A stretch of DNA of 64,000 nt from assembly GCF_001677475.2 (NCBI RefSeq), contig NZ_CP015229.1, one strand, 5' to 3'. Source of the DNA: Escherichia coli. GTDB lineage: Bacteria > Pseudomonadota > Gammaproteobacteria > Enterobacterales > Enterobacteriaceae. Positions 1 through 11,830 of the stretch are shown one piece after another. Positions within the stretch are counted from its first letter, which is position 1, and every line of letters begins with the position of its first letter. The notes under the pieces were generated by a model that was given only the letters and a program-made list of their open reading frames with translations, had not been told where the DNA came from and searched no databases. The position numbers were made by a program, and so were the translations under genes.

Positions 1-1333
1 TCCTGTCGATATCGACGGAGCTTTGCCCTCTTTCATTCACCGCATGAACATTTGCAAGAGACAGTAGTGTTTCTTTTTTCGCCATATAAACGCCGCGAAC
101 GTCTTTGCGCATGTCAAAGTTCATGCTCAATGCTGGTCCAACAGAGGATTCCTGCATCACTTTGATATTACGCATAAAAAGGTGTTGCGGCTTGTTGTGT
201 AGCTCCAGCGAGGCACGCTTCATCTCAATGTTAGTCAGTGCCACAAAGGAGACGGCATTCCCGGCTGAGATTTGGATACCGCGCAATTTATAAACAAGGT
301 GGGTGTTATCCAGTTGAATATTATTCACTCGGAAATTTTGTGGTATCGAGAGATATTTGCCTTTAATTACCCCATAGCCGATTAACATCCCGGCACTATT
401 AATCATTTCAATATTATCAATCACGAAATTATCACAACCGTAAATAGCGACTGTCGCGTTATCAATACCTGCTTTCTTACTGAAATCCGGCGTGATATTG
501 CGGGCTTTGATATTACGGATAACAAAATGTTTACCATTTTCAACATGGATCAACTGCCGACAATCCGATCCCGTGATATTCGCCACGACAAAGTTTTTCA
601 CTGCCTGGTCTTCCGGGTAATTATTATCATAAGTGCTTCCCGCAAGACCTATGCCAATGCCCCAGTTGATTTTGCCGTTAGTACAGTTGATGCGCTCGAT
701 GATGTGGTCGGAGATCAAAATATCACTGTCGTTAATCGCCACGTTCCATTCAATAGCGTCCCCCTGTAAGTCGCTGAACTTACAATTGGTGATGTTGGCA
801 CCGATAATCTGGTTATGAAATCCCTGGCGTAAGATGGCGTAATTAGCGTGGCTGACAGTGAGGTTATCGATGGTCAGGTTGCGCATGACCCGTTTGTTTT
901 TGCCGCCGATATAAATCTGCGTTACCGGGCCAAAGCCGCTCATCACCAGCCCTTTGATGGAGCAGTCAGAACCGCGCACATCCAGGGTGATGTTATGCAT
1001 ACTGCCGCCCTCCTCCCCTGTCACCTGGCTGCCGTCCTGTAAGACAAATCGCCCTCTGCCGTTGCCGCGCAGGCTTCCAAGGATGTGTAACGTTTTACCG
1101 GGAGGGATAAAGATGCCGGTGTTGATATTGTCACAAACCAATCCGGCAGGCACGACGACCGTTTGCCCTTCGCTGAAGGCTTGTTTAAATGAGGCGATCC
1201 AGTCGTGAGGGTTGTAGTCGTTAATGTTAACGCTTTGTCGGGCGGGAAGCGCGCGGGCGAAAGGGGTATGGAGGAAGGCAAGCGCCGAGCTTGCCGTCAG
1301 GAAGGTGCGTCGGGAGAGTGTTTTAAATGGCAT
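1..1333 (-). CDS. wcaM: Colanic acid biosynthesis protein WcaM, 3' end truncated by window edge
   Basis: Minus-strand ATG at 1331-1333 (reverse complement of ggagaacgtATGccatttaaa) gives MPFK... N-terminus; open frame runs to window start; last gene of the wca cluster by synteny. Not in ORF track because no stop in window. Confidence 0.8.
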   Translation of the reverse strand, partial: MPFKTLSRRTFLTASSALAFLHTPFARALPARQSVNINDYNPHDWIASFKQAFSEGQTVVVPAGLVCDNINTGIFIPPGKTLHILGSLRGNGRGRFVLQDGSQVTGEEGGSMHNITLDVRGSDCSIKGLVMSGFGPVTQIYIGGKNKRVMRNLTIDNLTVSHANYAILRQGFHNQIIGANITNCKFSDLQGDAIEWNVAINDSDILISDHIIERINCTNGKINWGIGIGLAGSTYDNNYPEDQAVKNFVVANITGSDCRQLIHVENGKHFVIRNIKARNITPDFSKKAGIDNATVAIYGCDNFVIDNIEMINSAGMLIGYGVIKGKYLSIPQNFRVNNIQLDNTHLVYKLRGIQISAGNAVSFVALTNIEMKRASLELHNKPQHLFMRNIKVMQESSVGPALSMNFDMRKDVRGVYMAKKETLLSLANVHAVNERGQSSVDIDR

Positions 1334-1343
1334 ACGTTCTCCT

Positions 1344-2564
1344 CTATAAAGCCTGCAGCAGGCTGGCGAGTTCTCGATTGATCACCTGCTGGTTAAAATC
1401 GTGTTCGACTTTTTCGCGAGCACGTTTGATAACCGGAGCCAGTTCGTCAGTGTCCAGTTGGCTAAATGCCGCCAGGCGTTGCGCCAGTGCGCGAGCATCG
1501 TTCTCAGGCACCAGCCAGCCGGATTTATCGGCCTCCACCAGTTCCGGTATTCCGCTATGCAGAGTAGAAACCACCGGAATGCCGACCGCCATCGCTTCCA
1601 TCAGCGCTACCGGAATGCCTTCCATATCGCCATCCGCGCCCGTTACCGATGGCAACAGGAAGACATCCGCGTCGTCGAGCATCGCTTTCACTTCGTGGCT
1701 CGGTTTAAAGCCCGGCATCTCTACCACATCTTCCAGTTGATATTGTTCGATGAGGGTACGCAGGCGTCGTTCCCACGGGCCAATGCCGAGGATGCGATAG
1801 CGAAATGCCATGCCCTGCTCTTTCAACTGACGGCAGGCTTCGATCGCCACATGCAGGCCTTTTTTCTCGGTTAAGCGTGCGACGGAAATGATTTCCAGCG
1901 GCGTTGCGGGCGCTTTCACCGGACGCGGGCTAAAGCGCGTCATGTCCACGCCCATACGCGATACGGCAATTTTTTCCCTCGGGCAGCCCATTTTTTGCAG
2001 CCTTCCGGCCCACAGATCGCTTATTGGTAACATCAGGTCGCCACGGCGAAACAGTTGTTGATATTCGGGAGTGTAGTGGTTGAGCACTTCCCGACTGGAG
2101 ATATCAATACCGTGGAAGATGGTGGCAATTTTGCCGCGAATGACACCCAGTTCGCGTAGTTTTGCTGCGGTTACCCCCGCAGGGCCAAAATGAGCGATAA
2201 AGACATCGGCATAAAATGGTGTTGCGACCTGGCCGCAAATGGCAGACAAAATCAGGTTCCGCGACTCGGCACCATAGCGTTTGAGGTTAAGCGCCTGCCA
2301 GGTATTTTTGCGATGAATGCCGCGTAAGGTCTGGCTGGCGCGGTGGCGCAGCTTCGCCACTTTGCCCGTAGGTTCGTCCTGTAACCAACGGGTTCTGGCG
2401 GCAAGGTTGTATTTCGTCCATGCCGCGTGGGTGTTCTGGGTGTCGCCTTTTTGCAGCGCAACAATCTCCACTTCAAAGCCCATATCAATAAACGCGGTAA
2501 TTTGATTGAGGACGAAGGTTTCTGACGACAGCGGAAATTTCAATAAGAAGAAGCCGACCTTCAT
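1344..2564 (-). CDS. wcaL: Colanic acid biosynthesis glycosyltransferase WcaL (GT4 family)
   Basis: 406-aa [25 protein letters not shown]...; length and synteny match WcaL; 4-bp overlap with wcaK. Confidence 0.9.
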   Translation of the reverse strand: MKVGFFLLKFPLSSETFVLNQITAFIDMGFEVEIVALQKGDTQNTHAAWTKYNLAARTRWLQDEPTGKVAKLRHRASQTLRGIHRKNTWQALNLKRYGAESRNLILSAICGQVATPFYADVFIAHFGPAGVTAAKLRELGVIRGKIATIFHGIDISSREVLNHYTPEYQQLFRRGDLMLPISDLWAGRLQKMGCPREKIAVSRMGVDMTRFSPRPVKAPATPLEIISVARLTEKKGLHVAIEACRQLKEQGMAFRYRILGIGPWERRLRTLIEQYQLEDVVEMPGFKPSHEVKAMLDDADVFLLPSVTGADGDMEGIPVALMEAMAVGIPVVSTLHSGIPELVEADKSGWLVPENDARALAQRLAAFSQLDTDELAPVIKRAREKVEHDFNQQVINRELASLLQAL

Positions 2565-3841
2565 TTCGCCTCCCCGATGCGCTCAAGCACAGACTGCACC
2601 ATCTGCATTCCCGTCTGACGTTCGCGACTGACGGCTTCGTTAAGTCGAGCGTTCAGCACCGGAAGCTGGCCTAAGGTATCCGCAACCATCGTTTGCAGGC
2701 TGCCGTCTAATAAATGACGGATATCAATCGCCATCTCTGGCAGTCCCAGCTGCTGCATAATCCCGGCGGATTTATGTTCATAGTTGATGGCAATCGCCGG
2801 AGTGGCAAAGTTCATTGAGATAATGGCGGAGTGCAGGCGCGTACCGACGGTGAGTTCACAGGCCCCCAGAATTTTGCCCATTTCCAGATCGTTAAGTTCA
2901 TCCATCACTACGTGATAACGGGCAGGATCGCTGATGTGCTGGCGCAGGTTGAGCGCCACCATGCGGTCGTCTTTGTTATAGCTGTCGATGCCCGTACAGG
3001 TGGAGAGCGCAATGACCTGATAGCCTTCGTCGAGAATGCGATTGACCACCCCGGCAAAGGCTTTTTCATACGCTTGTTGGGTGGTGCCGAGACGTTTGTC
3101 GAACGGTGCCAGTTCGCGCAGGGTAATTGCCACCGCTTTCTGTTGTGCGGCAACATCCAGCCAGTGTTGAACAGCATAGCTGGCGGTGAAGTCTTCAATG
3201 TGGTGATCGACCAGCCACGCGGTATCGACGCCATGTTCCACTTTTGCAGTGGTGATATTGCTGCGTTTCATCAGATCAAGGCTGACCGATTCGCGCAGGA
3301 TCAGCGCGTCACAGTGACCAAAAACGTAGTTCGCCAGTTGGTTAAATTGCTCATCCTGGAAGGGACCGACGCTGTGACCAATCATAAACAGCGGCTTTTT
3401 CGCCATAAACGTGCAAAGTGCATGTTCAAACTGCGGCACGCCGTAGAGATCGACAAAAAACGATCCGCCGACCTGAATAATGGCGTCGTAACCTGACAGC
3501 AAGCGCACGAAGTCGGTGAATCCCTGGGCGATGGCGATATTACGCAGCTTGCCAGTGTCGGTGACGCGTGAGAGCAATACCTGATGTTGGTAGCGGCGAC
3601 GGAGGACTTTTTTAACGCGCCCGACAACGCCCGCCGCGCTGTTGTGTTGTTTCATTTGCAGGAACAACGGATCGCCCATTACCGGGCGGTTGAGCAGCCA
3701 GGAAGAACTGACCGGATAGCGGCTCATCACGTCCACTTCGGCATGTGGATTGAGGATGTTGATGGCATCAAGTAAGCCGCGCAAGATGGCGCTGTCGCCG
3801 CGATTGCCGCAAGTATGGTTGCCAAGAATAAGTAATTTCAT
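2561..3841 (-). CDS. wcaK: Colanic acid biosynthesis pyruvyl transferase WcaK
   Basis: 426-aa ORF MKLLILGNHTCGNRGDSAILRGLL...; polysaccharide pyruvyl transferase signature; synteny. Confidence 0.9.
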   Translation of the reverse strand: MKLLILGNHTCGNRGDSAILRGLLDAINILNPHAEVDVMSRYPVSSSWLLNRPVMGDPLFLQMKQHNSAAGVVGRVKKVLRRRYQHQVLLSRVTDTGKLRNIAIAQGFTDFVRLLSGYDAIIQVGGSFFVDLYGVPQFEHALCTFMAKKPLFMIGHSVGPFQDEQFNQLANYVFGHCDALILRESVSLDLMKRSNITTAKVEHGVDTAWLVDHHIEDFTASYAVQHWLDVAAQQKAVAITLRELAPFDKRLGTTQQAYEKAFAGVVNRILDEGYQVIALSTCTGIDSYNKDDRMVALNLRQHISDPARYHVVMDELNDLEMGKILGACELTVGTRLHSAIISMNFATPAIAINYEHKSAGIMQQLGLPEMAIDIRHLLDGSLQTMVADTLGQLPVLNARLNEAVSRERQTGMQMVQSVLERIGEAK

Positions 3842-3902
3842 TTTTTCCTCATAAATTTGATGCCAGGTGAGGCTGTGTTTGTTTTGTTCGTTGCCGCTTT
3901 TT

Positions 3903-4089
3903 GCCTGATGCGACGCTGGCGCGTCTTATCAGGCCTACAAGACCCGAGCACAGAACCGTAGGCCGGATAAGGCGTTCACGCCGCATCCGGCATTCAGTGC
4001 CTGATGCGACGCTGACGCGTCTTATCAGGCCTACAGGTCCCGAGCACAGAACCGTAGGACGGATAAGGCGTTTTACGCCGCATCCGGCA
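3903..4089. repeat. REP/BIME cluster (two inverted REP units)
   Basis: Two copies of gcctgatgcgacgctg.cgcgtcttatcaggcctaca ... ccgtaggncggataaggcgtt.acgccgcatccggca between wcaK and wzxC. Confidence 0.8.
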
Positions 4090-4116
4090 ACCATTGCCGG
4101 AACCGAAAACAACAAC

Positions 4117-5595
4117 TCACCCCGCCCGTAAAAACATTTTCATTTTTTCGCTGCGACAAAACTGACGCTTCACTTCCACCACCAGCGGATGGCGCGACAG
4201 CACAATCATCACCACAAACGCCAGCACGCCCGCGGCTATTTGCACCGCCAGCAGCATCCCCAGCGCCAGTTGCCCTTTCAGTACAATGCCCAGTGCATAA
4301 CTGACCACCAGCGTCGGCAGCGAGAGATAAAACGGTAGCCACAAACTCAGGATGTACTGGCGATAACTGGAACCGAGCACCGGTTTAATCATCACGAAAT
4401 AGCTCAGAATGGTGTTGATAATCTGCACCAGCAGGAAACCGAGCGTGACGCCGATTGCGCCCGCCATCTGCCCACCAATGATGATTGCCGGAATAAACAG
4501 AAATGTTTTGAATACGTTGAATTTAAAGCTGATATCCACCCGCGCTTTCGCCATCAGCAGCGAACCAATCGGGTTACCCACTGAGCGCAGTAGCCCCACC
4601 ACACACAGCAATTGCAGCACCGGAATAATGCTGTTCCACTTTTCGCCAAATACCAGCGGTACAAAGTTATTCGACACCACCATTAGCCCCAGCAGCGCCG
4701 GAAAGTTGATAATCCCCACTACCGACAGCAGCTTGTAGAAGTTGACGCGCAGCTTTTCGGTGTCGTCCTGAATTTTGGCAAATGCCGGAAACAACACGCG
4801 GGTGATGATTGGGTTCAGCTTCATCGGCGGCACAACTGCCACGTTGTACGCCAGGTTGTATCCCCCTGCCACGCCCGCGCCGAGAATACGCGCCAGCACC
4901 AGCGTTGAAAGGTTGGTGTTGAGATAGTTGATGATGCTGTCCGCCGTCAGCCAGGCACCAAAGCGTAAGTTCGGTGCCACCGACGCCAGCGAGAAATGCA
5001 GACCGGGGCGATAAATTTTGCGGCCAAAGTAGCCAAACAGCAGCGTTCTTACCGCACTATTGACCAGATAACCGAGGATCGCGGTCATCGCCAGCGGCCA
5101 GAAATGGGCGCTAACCACCGTAAAAGTAAAGCCCGCCAGCACCGCGCTGGTTTCGATCATGCCGATTTTGTTGAACTCCAGCTCTTTTTGCATCAACGCG
5201 CGGAACTGCTGCCCGTGGGGGATCACCACAAACGCCAGTGACAATGTTTTAATCAACGGTGCCAGGTCCGGGTTATTCAGCACGTCGCCGATGAGATCAC
5301 TCAACAAAAACACTGCCACGCACACTACAATCCCCAGCCCGACGTTCAGCCAGTACAGCGTGGTGAGTTCCAGGTGGCTGATTTCTTTTCGCTGAATAAT
5401 CGAGTTAGCGATACCGAAGTCAGAAAGCGTATCTGCCAGCGCGATGATCACCAGCGACACGGTAAGCAAACCGAACTGGTGGTTGTCAATAATCCGCGCC
5501 AGCACGGTCATCTGTACCAGCCCGAGGCCGATGATGATCACCGTAGCAATCGCCGACCACTTCGCGCCGCTGATGGTTTTTTCACGTAAGCTCAT
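4117..5595 (-). CDS. wzxC: Colanic acid repeat-unit flippase WzxC
   Basis: 492-aa polytopic membrane ORF MSLREKTISGAKWSAIATVIIIGLG...; Wzx/MOP-type flippase; synteny. Confidence 0.9.
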   Translation of the reverse strand: MSLREKTISGAKWSAIATVIIIGLGLVQMTVLARIIDNHQFGLLTVSLVIIALADTLSDFGIANSIIQRKEISHLELTTLYWLNVGLGIVVCVAVFLLSDLIGDVLNNPDLAPLIKTLSLAFVVIPHGQQFRALMQKELEFNKIGMIETSAVLAGFTFTVVSAHFWPLAMTAILGYLVNSAVRTLLFGYFGRKIYRPGLHFSLASVAPNLRFGAWLTADSIINYLNTNLSTLVLARILGAGVAGGYNLAYNVAVVPPMKLNPIITRVLFPAFAKIQDDTEKLRVNFYKLLSVVGIINFPALLGLMVVSNNFVPLVFGEKWNSIIPVLQLLCVVGLLRSVGNPIGSLLMAKARVDISFKFNVFKTFLFIPAIIIGGQMAGAIGVTLGFLLVQIINTILSYFVMIKPVLGSSYRQYILSLWLPFYLSLPTLVVSYALGIVLKGQLALGMLLAVQIAAGVLAFVVMIVLSRHPLVVEVKRQFCRSEKMKMFLRAG

Positions 5596-5596
5596 A

Positions 5597-6991
5597 TCAA
5601 TATGCCGCTTTGTTAACGAAACCTTTGAATACCGTCAGGAAAACGATTTTGATATCGAACCAGACGCTCCATTCGCGGATGTACTCAAGGTCGAACTCGA
5701 CGCGTTTTTCCATTTTCTCCAGCGTGTCGGTTTCGCCGCGCCAGCCGTTAATCTGCGCCCAGCCAGTAATGCCCGGTTTCACTTTATGGCGCAGCATGTA
5801 GCCTTCAATGAGCTGTCGATACTGTTCGTTATGCGCCACTGCGTGCGGACGTGGCCCGACAATCGACATCCCACCAGTCAGCACATTGATAAACTGCGGC
5901 AATTCGTCCAGCGAGGTGCGGCGCAGAAAGTTCCCCACTTTGGTAACGCGCGGATCGTTCTGCGTCGCCTGGGTCACCACTTTGTCGTTCTCCATCACTT
6001 TCATGGAACGGAACTTCCACACTTTGATCGGTTTGCCATCCATGCCATAGCGAGTCTGGCGGAAAATAACCGGCCCTGGTGAACTGAGTTTCACCGCCAG
6101 CGCAATACAGCACAGCACCGGGGAGATCAGCAGCAGAATAAGCGTCGCCAGCACAATGTCTTCCGCACGTTTGAGCAGGCGGTTTACCCCGGAAAGCGGC
6201 GTATCGTACAGCGGTACCACCGGTACGCCGTTCATCTCTTCGATACGGGAATGGAGAATGTTGAAGGTAAAGACATCGGGGATCAGCAGCACCGAACAGG
6301 TGGTGTCCGCCAGTTGATGGACCAGTTTTTTCACGCGCGCGCCGTCGCACATTTGCATCGCGATATAGACGTTATGAATCTTGCCCGCTTTCGCATCCTC
6401 GACCAGTTGTTGCAGATTACCCGCCCAGTCGTTAGAAACGCCGCCCGGTTTTGGGTCGTGGTATACGCCCACCACTTCAAACCCTAACCACGGCTGATTA
6501 CGGAAGCTCTCCATCAGCATTTGTCCGGCGGCTAAATCCCCCGCTACGGCGACCATACGCTTGTTATAGCCATGATTACGCAGCCAGCCCGCCCCAATGC
6601 GAATACATGAACGGCAAACCACCAGTCCGATGCTGGTCAGCCCATACCACGCCAGCCAGATTTTCAGTTGCGTGTCGAAATCATTGTTGAACGCCACCAG
6701 ACCGGCGCTGAAAATCACGCTTAAGGTCCAGTTTTGTAGCAACAGGGCAAATTCTGTCGCTGCCCGAACACCGCGCCATGAGCGATAAAAATCGGTGATG
6801 CCGCCCAGCATCTGGAACACCACCAGCGTAATCAGCGCCACCAACAGGTGCATGTAGAGGAATGACAGTCCGCTCACTTCGCAAACCAGCCATAACCCGG
6901 CAAACATGATGGTGATATCTGAAAAGCGTTGCACCATAGAGATTAACGATGCATTGGTTTTCGCTCGCTCGCGCTTTTTTAGATTTGTCAT
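5597..6991 (-). CDS. wcaJ: Undecaprenyl-phosphate glucose-1-phosphate transferase WcaJ (initiating sugar transferase)
   Basis: 464-aa ORF with N-terminal TM helices and C-terminal bacterial sugar transferase domain (...PGITGWAQINGWRGETDT...). Confidence 0.9.
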   Translation of the reverse strand: MTNLKKRERAKTNASLISMVQRFSDITIMFAGLWLVCEVSGLSFLYMHLLVALITLVVFQMLGGITDFYRSWRGVRAATEFALLLQNWTLSVIFSAGLVAFNNDFDTQLKIWLAWYGLTSIGLVVCRSCIRIGAGWLRNHGYNKRMVAVAGDLAAGQMLMESFRNQPWLGFEVVGVYHDPKPGGVSNDWAGNLQQLVEDAKAGKIHNVYIAMQMCDGARVKKLVHQLADTTCSVLLIPDVFTFNILHSRIEEMNGVPVVPLYDTPLSGVNRLLKRAEDIVLATLILLLISPVLCCIALAVKLSSPGPVIFRQTRYGMDGKPIKVWKFRSMKVMENDKVVTQATQNDPRVTKVGNFLRRTSLDELPQFINVLTGGMSIVGPRPHAVAHNEQYRQLIEGYMLRHKVKPGITGWAQINGWRGETDTLEKMEKRVEFDLEYIREWSVWFDIKIVFLTVFKGFVNKAAY

Positions 6992-7011
6992 CGTTGTTCC
7001 TGTTCTATTGT

Positions 7012-7118
7012 CGCCTCGCCCCTCACCCCGGCCCTCTCCCCAAAGGGGCGAGGGGGAGAAGAAAGTTCCGTGCTCACTTCTCTCCGCAGGCAGTAGAGCG
7101 TCAGGGTGAGGGGGAAAG
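7012..7118. repeat. BoxC-like GC-rich palindromic intergenic element
   Basis: cgcccctcaccccggccctctcccc...ggggcgagggggag ... gggtgaggggg; nested inverted repeats between wcaJ start and cpsG stop; resembles the E. coli BoxC repeat (reverse complement gggagagggccggggtgagggg) as I recall it. Confidence 0.45.
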
Positions 7119-7126
7119 TAATGACA

Positions 7127-8497
7127 TTACTCGTTCAGCAACGTCAGCAGAGTTCGCGTTCGCGCTTCCATCAGCGGCACATCACCGCGCGATTCCACAT
7201 TCAGGCGCACCACCGGTTCGGTGTTGGAGGAGCGCAGGTTAAAGCGCCAGTCGGCAAAGGTCATGCTGATGCCATCGGTGCGATCCACCGCCAGCGCCTC
7301 ACGGCTAAAATGCTGTTCCACGCGGTTAATCGCCTCAACGGGATGCGCCAGTTTGCTGTTGATCTCACCGCTTGCCGGAAACGCCGCCATCCGGTCGCGT
7401 ACCAGTTCGCCCAGCGTTTTCTCTTTCAGGCACACCAGTTCGGCGACCAGCAGCCACGGGATCATGCCGCTGTCGCAGTAAGCGAAATCACGGAAGTAAT
7501 GGTGGGCGCTCATTTCGCCACCGTAGATGGCGTCTTCCTTGCGCATCCGTTCTTTAATAAAGGCGTGTCCGGTTTTCGACATCACCGGAGTGCCGCCCGC
7601 GGCAGTCACCACATCAACGGTGTTCCAGGAGAGACGTGGATCGTGGATGATCTTCGCGCCGGGATTTTTTTCGAGGAACGCTTCTGCCAGTAGGCCGACA
7701 ATGTAGTAGCCCTCAATAAACTGCCCTTTTTCGTCAAACAGGAAACAGCGGTCAAAATCGCCATCAAAGGCAATGCCCATATCCGCGCCGTGTTTGATGA
7801 CCGCATTGCGGGTGTCATCGCGGCATTCCGGCAGCAGCGGGTTAGGAATACCGTTGGGGAAATTGCCGTCCGGCGTGTTGTGCACTTTGATCAATTCCAC
7901 CGGTGCGCCGAGGGCGTTAAAGCGGGCTTCGATAGCGTCCACCACCGGCCCCGCTGCGCCGTTCCCGGAGTTGATTACCAGCTTGAGCGGCGTGAGGTTT
8001 TTGACGTTGATATAACCGAACAGGTGATCAACGTAAGCGTCACGCAGATTGATTTGCTGATAGCGACCGCGTTTTGTTTCATCAACGGGAGGAAAGTCGT
8101 TGGCTTCTGCCAGACGCTGGACGTCGCGCAGTCCGGTATCACCGCTGATCGGGCGGGCCCCTTCGCGCACCAGCTTCATGCCGTTGTAATCCATCGGGTT
8201 ATGGCTGGCGGTAACTTCGATGCCGCCATCCACGCCGAGATGGAACGTGGCGAAATAGATCTCTTCGGTGCCGGACATGCCAATATCCAGCACATCGACG
8301 CCCGCATCCTGTAAACCTTTCGCCAGCGCCAGTTTTAAGGTTTCGCTGGTGAGGCGGACATCACCGCCTAACACAATGGTTTTCGGTTTGAGAAATTCGC
8401 CATAGGCACGCCCAATACGCCAGGCAATATCTTCATTCAGTTCTTCGCCTAATTTCCCGCGAATATCGTAGGCTTTAAAGCAGGTTAATTTTTTCAT
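7127..8497 (-). CDS. cpsG: Phosphomannomutase CpsG (ManB)
   Basis: ORF 7127..8545; start trimmed to [19 protein letters not shown]... (456 aa); phosphohexomutase active-site motif TASHNP present. Confidence 0.9.
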   Translation of the reverse strand: MKKLTCFKAYDIRGKLGEELNEDIAWRIGRAYGEFLKPKTIVLGGDVRLTSETLKLALAKGLQDAGVDVLDIGMSGTEEIYFATFHLGVDGGIEVTASHNPMDYNGMKLVREGARPISGDTGLRDVQRLAEANDFPPVDETKRGRYQQINLRDAYVDHLFGYINVKNLTPLKLVINSGNGAAGPVVDAIEARFNALGAPVELIKVHNTPDGNFPNGIPNPLLPECRDDTRNAVIKHGADMGIAFDGDFDRCFLFDEKGQFIEGYYIVGLLAEAFLEKNPGAKIIHDPRLSWNTVDVVTAAGGTPVMSKTGHAFIKERMRKEDAIYGGEMSAHHYFRDFAYCDSGMIPWLLVAELVCLKEKTLGELVRDRMAAFPASGEINSKLAHPVEAINRVEQHFSREALAVDRTDGISMTFADWRFNLRSSNTEPVVRLNVESRGDVPLMEARTRTLLTLLNE

Positions 8498-8587
8498 GTC
8501 GTTACCCTTTTTCAGGCAATAGTTGGCCCTGACCGAAGCGGCCAATTTTGTTTTTGTCGTTATTTACATCGCGGTTCGGCATTCATT

Positions 8588-8689
<102 letters not shown>

Positions 8690-8699
<10 letters not shown>

Positions 8700-10126
8700 C
8701 CGTAGCGATCCGCGAAGCGCACCACATCATCCTCTTCGAGATAAGAGCCGGAGCGCACTTCAATTAAATCGAGCGGAATTTTCCCCGGGTTTTCCAGGCA
8801 GTGCTTCGCCCCCAGCGGAATATAAATGGACTCGTTTTCACCAAGCAGTTTGATATCACCGTCAATAGTGACTTTTGCCGTTCCCGCGACAACCACCCAG
8901 TGTTCCGCCCGGTGATGGTGCATCTGTACCGACAAGCCTTCGCCCGGTTTCACGGTGATGCGTTTCACCTGGTAGCGGTCGCCCGCGTCGATAGAGTCAT
9001 ATTTGCCCCACGGGCGATAGACTTCGCGATGTACCCGATGCTCATGGCGACCATCGGCTTTGATCTGCTCGACCACTTTTTTCACATCCTGCACCGCATT
9101 GCGGTCGGCAATCAGCACCGCATCTTTGGTCTGCACTACCACCAAATCTTTCACCCCGACGGTGGTGACCAGGCCAGATTCGGCATACACATAGCTGTTT
9201 TCAGTTTTGTGATTAATCACATCGCCATGGCAAACGTTGCCCTCGGCGGTGTGGGCGCTGATCTCCCATAAAGAGGACCAGGAGCCGACATCGCTCCAGC
9301 CCGCATCCATCGGCACCACAACAGCATCTGCCGTGCGTTCCATAACTGCGTAATCCACCGACTCTTCCGGGCAGGCCAGAAACGCTTCTTCATCCACACG
9401 AATAAAATCGAGATCCGGATCGACGGCGCTCATCGCTTTTTCACAGGCGTTGAGGATGTCCGGGCGATATTTTTTCAGTTCTTCGAGATAGCGTCCGGCG
9501 CGGAACAGGAACATGCCGCTGTTCCAGTAATATTCGCCGCTTGCCACATAGGCCTGGGCGGTTTCCAGATTCGGTTTTTCGACAAACTGCGCCACTTCAA
9601 AGGCCACCGTATCCTGCTCACCCGCCGACACTTCACCGCGACGAATATAGCCATAACCGGTTTCTGGTAGATCCGGCACAATGCCGAAGGTCACCAGCTT
9701 ACCTGCTTCGGCATATGGCATGGCATTACGCACGGCGGCACGGAACGCGTCTTCATCGGCAATCACATGATCCGCCGCCAATACCAGCATTAACGGGTCG
9801 CTCTCCGGGCTATGACGTTTTGCCGCCAGCGCCGCCAGTGCAATGGCAGGTGCAGTGTTACGCCCTGCCGGTTCGAGAATAATGTTCTCGGTGAGTTTGT
9901 TCAGTTGACGCAGCTGTTCCGCGACAATAAAGCGGTGCTGCTCATTACAAATCACCACCGGGCTTTCGCACTCCACGCCGTTCAGGCGACAGATGGTGGT
10001 TTGCAGCATGGTGAGATCGCCTTTCAGGCATAAAAACTGCTTGGGGTAAAGTACGCGGGAAAGCGGCCATAAGCGGCTCCCGGAGCCACCTGCCATCACA
10101 ACTGGATAGAGTTTCGACTGCGCCAT
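8690..10126 (-). CDS. cpsB: Mannose-1-phosphate guanylyltransferase CpsB (ManC)
   Basis: 478-aa [27 protein letters not shown]... with C-terminal cupin/mannose-6-P isomerase-like domain. Confidence 0.9.
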
Positions 10127-10128
10127 AA

Positions 10129-11352
10129 TTATCCCCGAATATCATTTATAAATTGACGTAACACGTTCTCTTTATCGAGCGTGCGTTCGGCATATTCACG
10201 TGCCACCGTGTTGTGTTTGGGCAGCAGGAGCGCCTGACGGATCCCCGCCACCAGTGCCTCGACCGATTCCGGTTCTACGCAAACCGCAATGCCCGGAAAG
10301 GTTTCGCAAAGCTGCCCCAGTTCGGTGTGGGCTTCTGCGGTAATCACCGCGTTACCACCTACCGCCAGAATATTGGTCAGTTTCGACGGCAATACGGCAT
10401 CTGCCGCGCCGCGTTTTTGCACTACCAGATGGCAATCGCCCATCTTCAGCAGTGCGGGTAAAGCGTCATACGATTGCAGTGGAAAAAATTGCATGTTGCG
10501 CAGTCCACGCTGCTGCGCCATTTTTTCCAGCCGCGCTTTGCCGCCGCCCTGCCCGACAATGGCAAAAATCAGCGGTTCATCGCGCAGGCGATCGGCAGCT
10601 TCAATAACGTTTTCCAGCCCTTGCTTTTCACCAATATTGCCGGAGTAAAGAATGATTTTTTTGTTATCCGGCAGGCCAAGCTGGTTACGAAGGGCATCAA
10701 CATCGGCGTCTGCAACATATTGAAAACGGGCGATTTCCGACCAATTGGGGAAGAAGATGACGTTTTCCGCCGCCACGCCTTTTTCGATGGCTTTATTCAT
10801 CATCGAACGCGAAATCGTGGAGACGTTATCGACGTTATGCAGTCCGCTACGTTCGAACGCCGTCGCCAGCTGTGCCACTTTGCCGCCTTTGCCTTTTCCG
10901 GCAAGGCCCAGCCCCAGCATGGCGTCCACTTCGTAATCCTGAATATGCAGCACCGTGCGCGCACCAGAAAGTTTCGCCAGCAGGCGCATTCCCGGCGTGC
11001 AAAACAGCGTTGGCACTACGCCAATAATGCGCTCCGGCTTCCAGCGACGTTGCGCCATCAGCGGGAAAAAACTGCTGACGGCAAAACTGCCGAGATGCAA
11101 CAGGCGTTTCAGGGTGCTCGGCTGTTTTGGCACATACAGCGGGCAGCGCCACACCGTGGCGGCCCCCTCTTCCCGTTTGTACCGCCAGGCGGAATAGTTC
11201 TCACCCACCTGCCACTGCGGGTAGTAAGGCGGTGCGGTAATGACCCGCACCTCATGACCTTGTGCCGCAAGCCATTCCACCATCTCTCCGGTGTATTTGC
11301 CGATGCCGGTTAACTCCGGCGAGTAGTTAATGCCGTAGACCAGTATTTTCAT
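10129..11352 (-). CDS. wcaI: Colanic acid biosynthesis glycosyltransferase WcaI
   Basis: 407-aa [27 protein letters not shown]...; GT4 family; synteny. Confidence 0.9.
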   Translation of the reverse strand: MKILVYGINYSPELTGIGKYTGEMVEWLAAQGHEVRVITAPPYYPQWQVGENYSAWRYKREEGAATVWRCPLYVPKQPSTLKRLLHLGSFAVSSFFPLMAQRRWKPERIIGVVPTLFCTPGMRLLAKLSGARTVLHIQDYEVDAMLGLGLAGKGKGGKVAQLATAFERSGLHNVDNVSTISRSMMNKAIEKGVAAENVIFFPNWSEIARFQYVADADVDALRNQLGLPDNKKIILYSGNIGEKQGLENVIEAADRLRDEPLIFAIVGQGGGKARLEKMAQQRGLRNMQFFPLQSYDALPALLKMGDCHLVVQKRGAADAVLPSKLTNILAVGGNAVITAEAHTELGQLCETFPGIAVCVEPESVEALVAGIRQALLLPKHNTVAREYAERTLDKENVLRQFINDIRG

Positions 11353-11828
11353 AATCCGGGTACTCCGGCACGCTTCTCAGCGAGAAAATAGGCGCGGCTG
11401 TTAGCGTGAACATTGTCACTGGCGAGCAGCGCGTCCGGCGTCAGCCAGCGGTAATCGTCATGCTGCTCATCCGGCAGTAACAGCTCTTCTTCCACTACTC
11501 TGAAGCGAAAACCGAGCACCACATAGTGAGTGGAGAAATCCGTGCCGGAGAAGTTATCGTCATAAAAGTGCTGCCAGACACCGTAAAACTGGCCTGCTGT
11601 TATCGGCAGACGCAGCCCCAGTTCCGCCATCGTCAGCCGCTCAAATGCGGCTTCCAGCGTTTCGTCTTTCTGCACGCGCCCTCCCGGCACAAACCAGTAA
11701 CCCTGCGCCGGGCGGTTGGTTCTTTTGCCAAGCAGAAACTCGCCGCGACTGTTCTCGACAATAAAGTCGAGAGAGACAAGCGGGGTGGAGCGCACTACCG
11801 TGGCAAAGTCTTCCTGACGTAAAAACAT
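11349..11828 (-). CDS. gmm: GDP-mannose mannosyl hydrolase (Nudix) Gmm/WcaH
   Basis: [26 protein letters not shown]...; Nudix fold; start taken at second Met (159 aa); overlaps wcaI by 4 bp. Confidence 0.85.
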   Translation of the reverse strand: MFLRQEDFATVVRSTPLVSLDFIVENSRGEFLLGKRTNRPAQGYWFVPGGRVQKDETLEAAFERLTMAELGLRLPITAGQFYGVWQHFYDDNFSGTDFSTHYVVLGFRFRVVEEELLLPDEQHDDYRWLTPDALLASDNVHANSRAYFLAEKRAGVPGL

Positions 11829-11830
11829 CA

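Noticed and set aside
3849-4131. Small ORFs (88 aa minus, 76 aa plus) in the wcaK-wzxC spacer
   Set aside because: They sit wholly within the REP/BIME palindromes, and the translations are repetitive (LIRPTVLCSG... twice) because the DNA repeat is being translated.
10474-11313. 279-aa plus-strand ORF antisense to wcaI; likewise 12832..13629 (265 aa, antisense to gmd) and 51258..52331 (357 aa, antisense to trhP)
   Set aside because: Each lies entirely inside a well-supported gene on the other strand. The translations are low-complexity and Arg/His/Gln-rich with no recognisable domains, which is typical of spurious antisense frames in GC-rich coding sequence.
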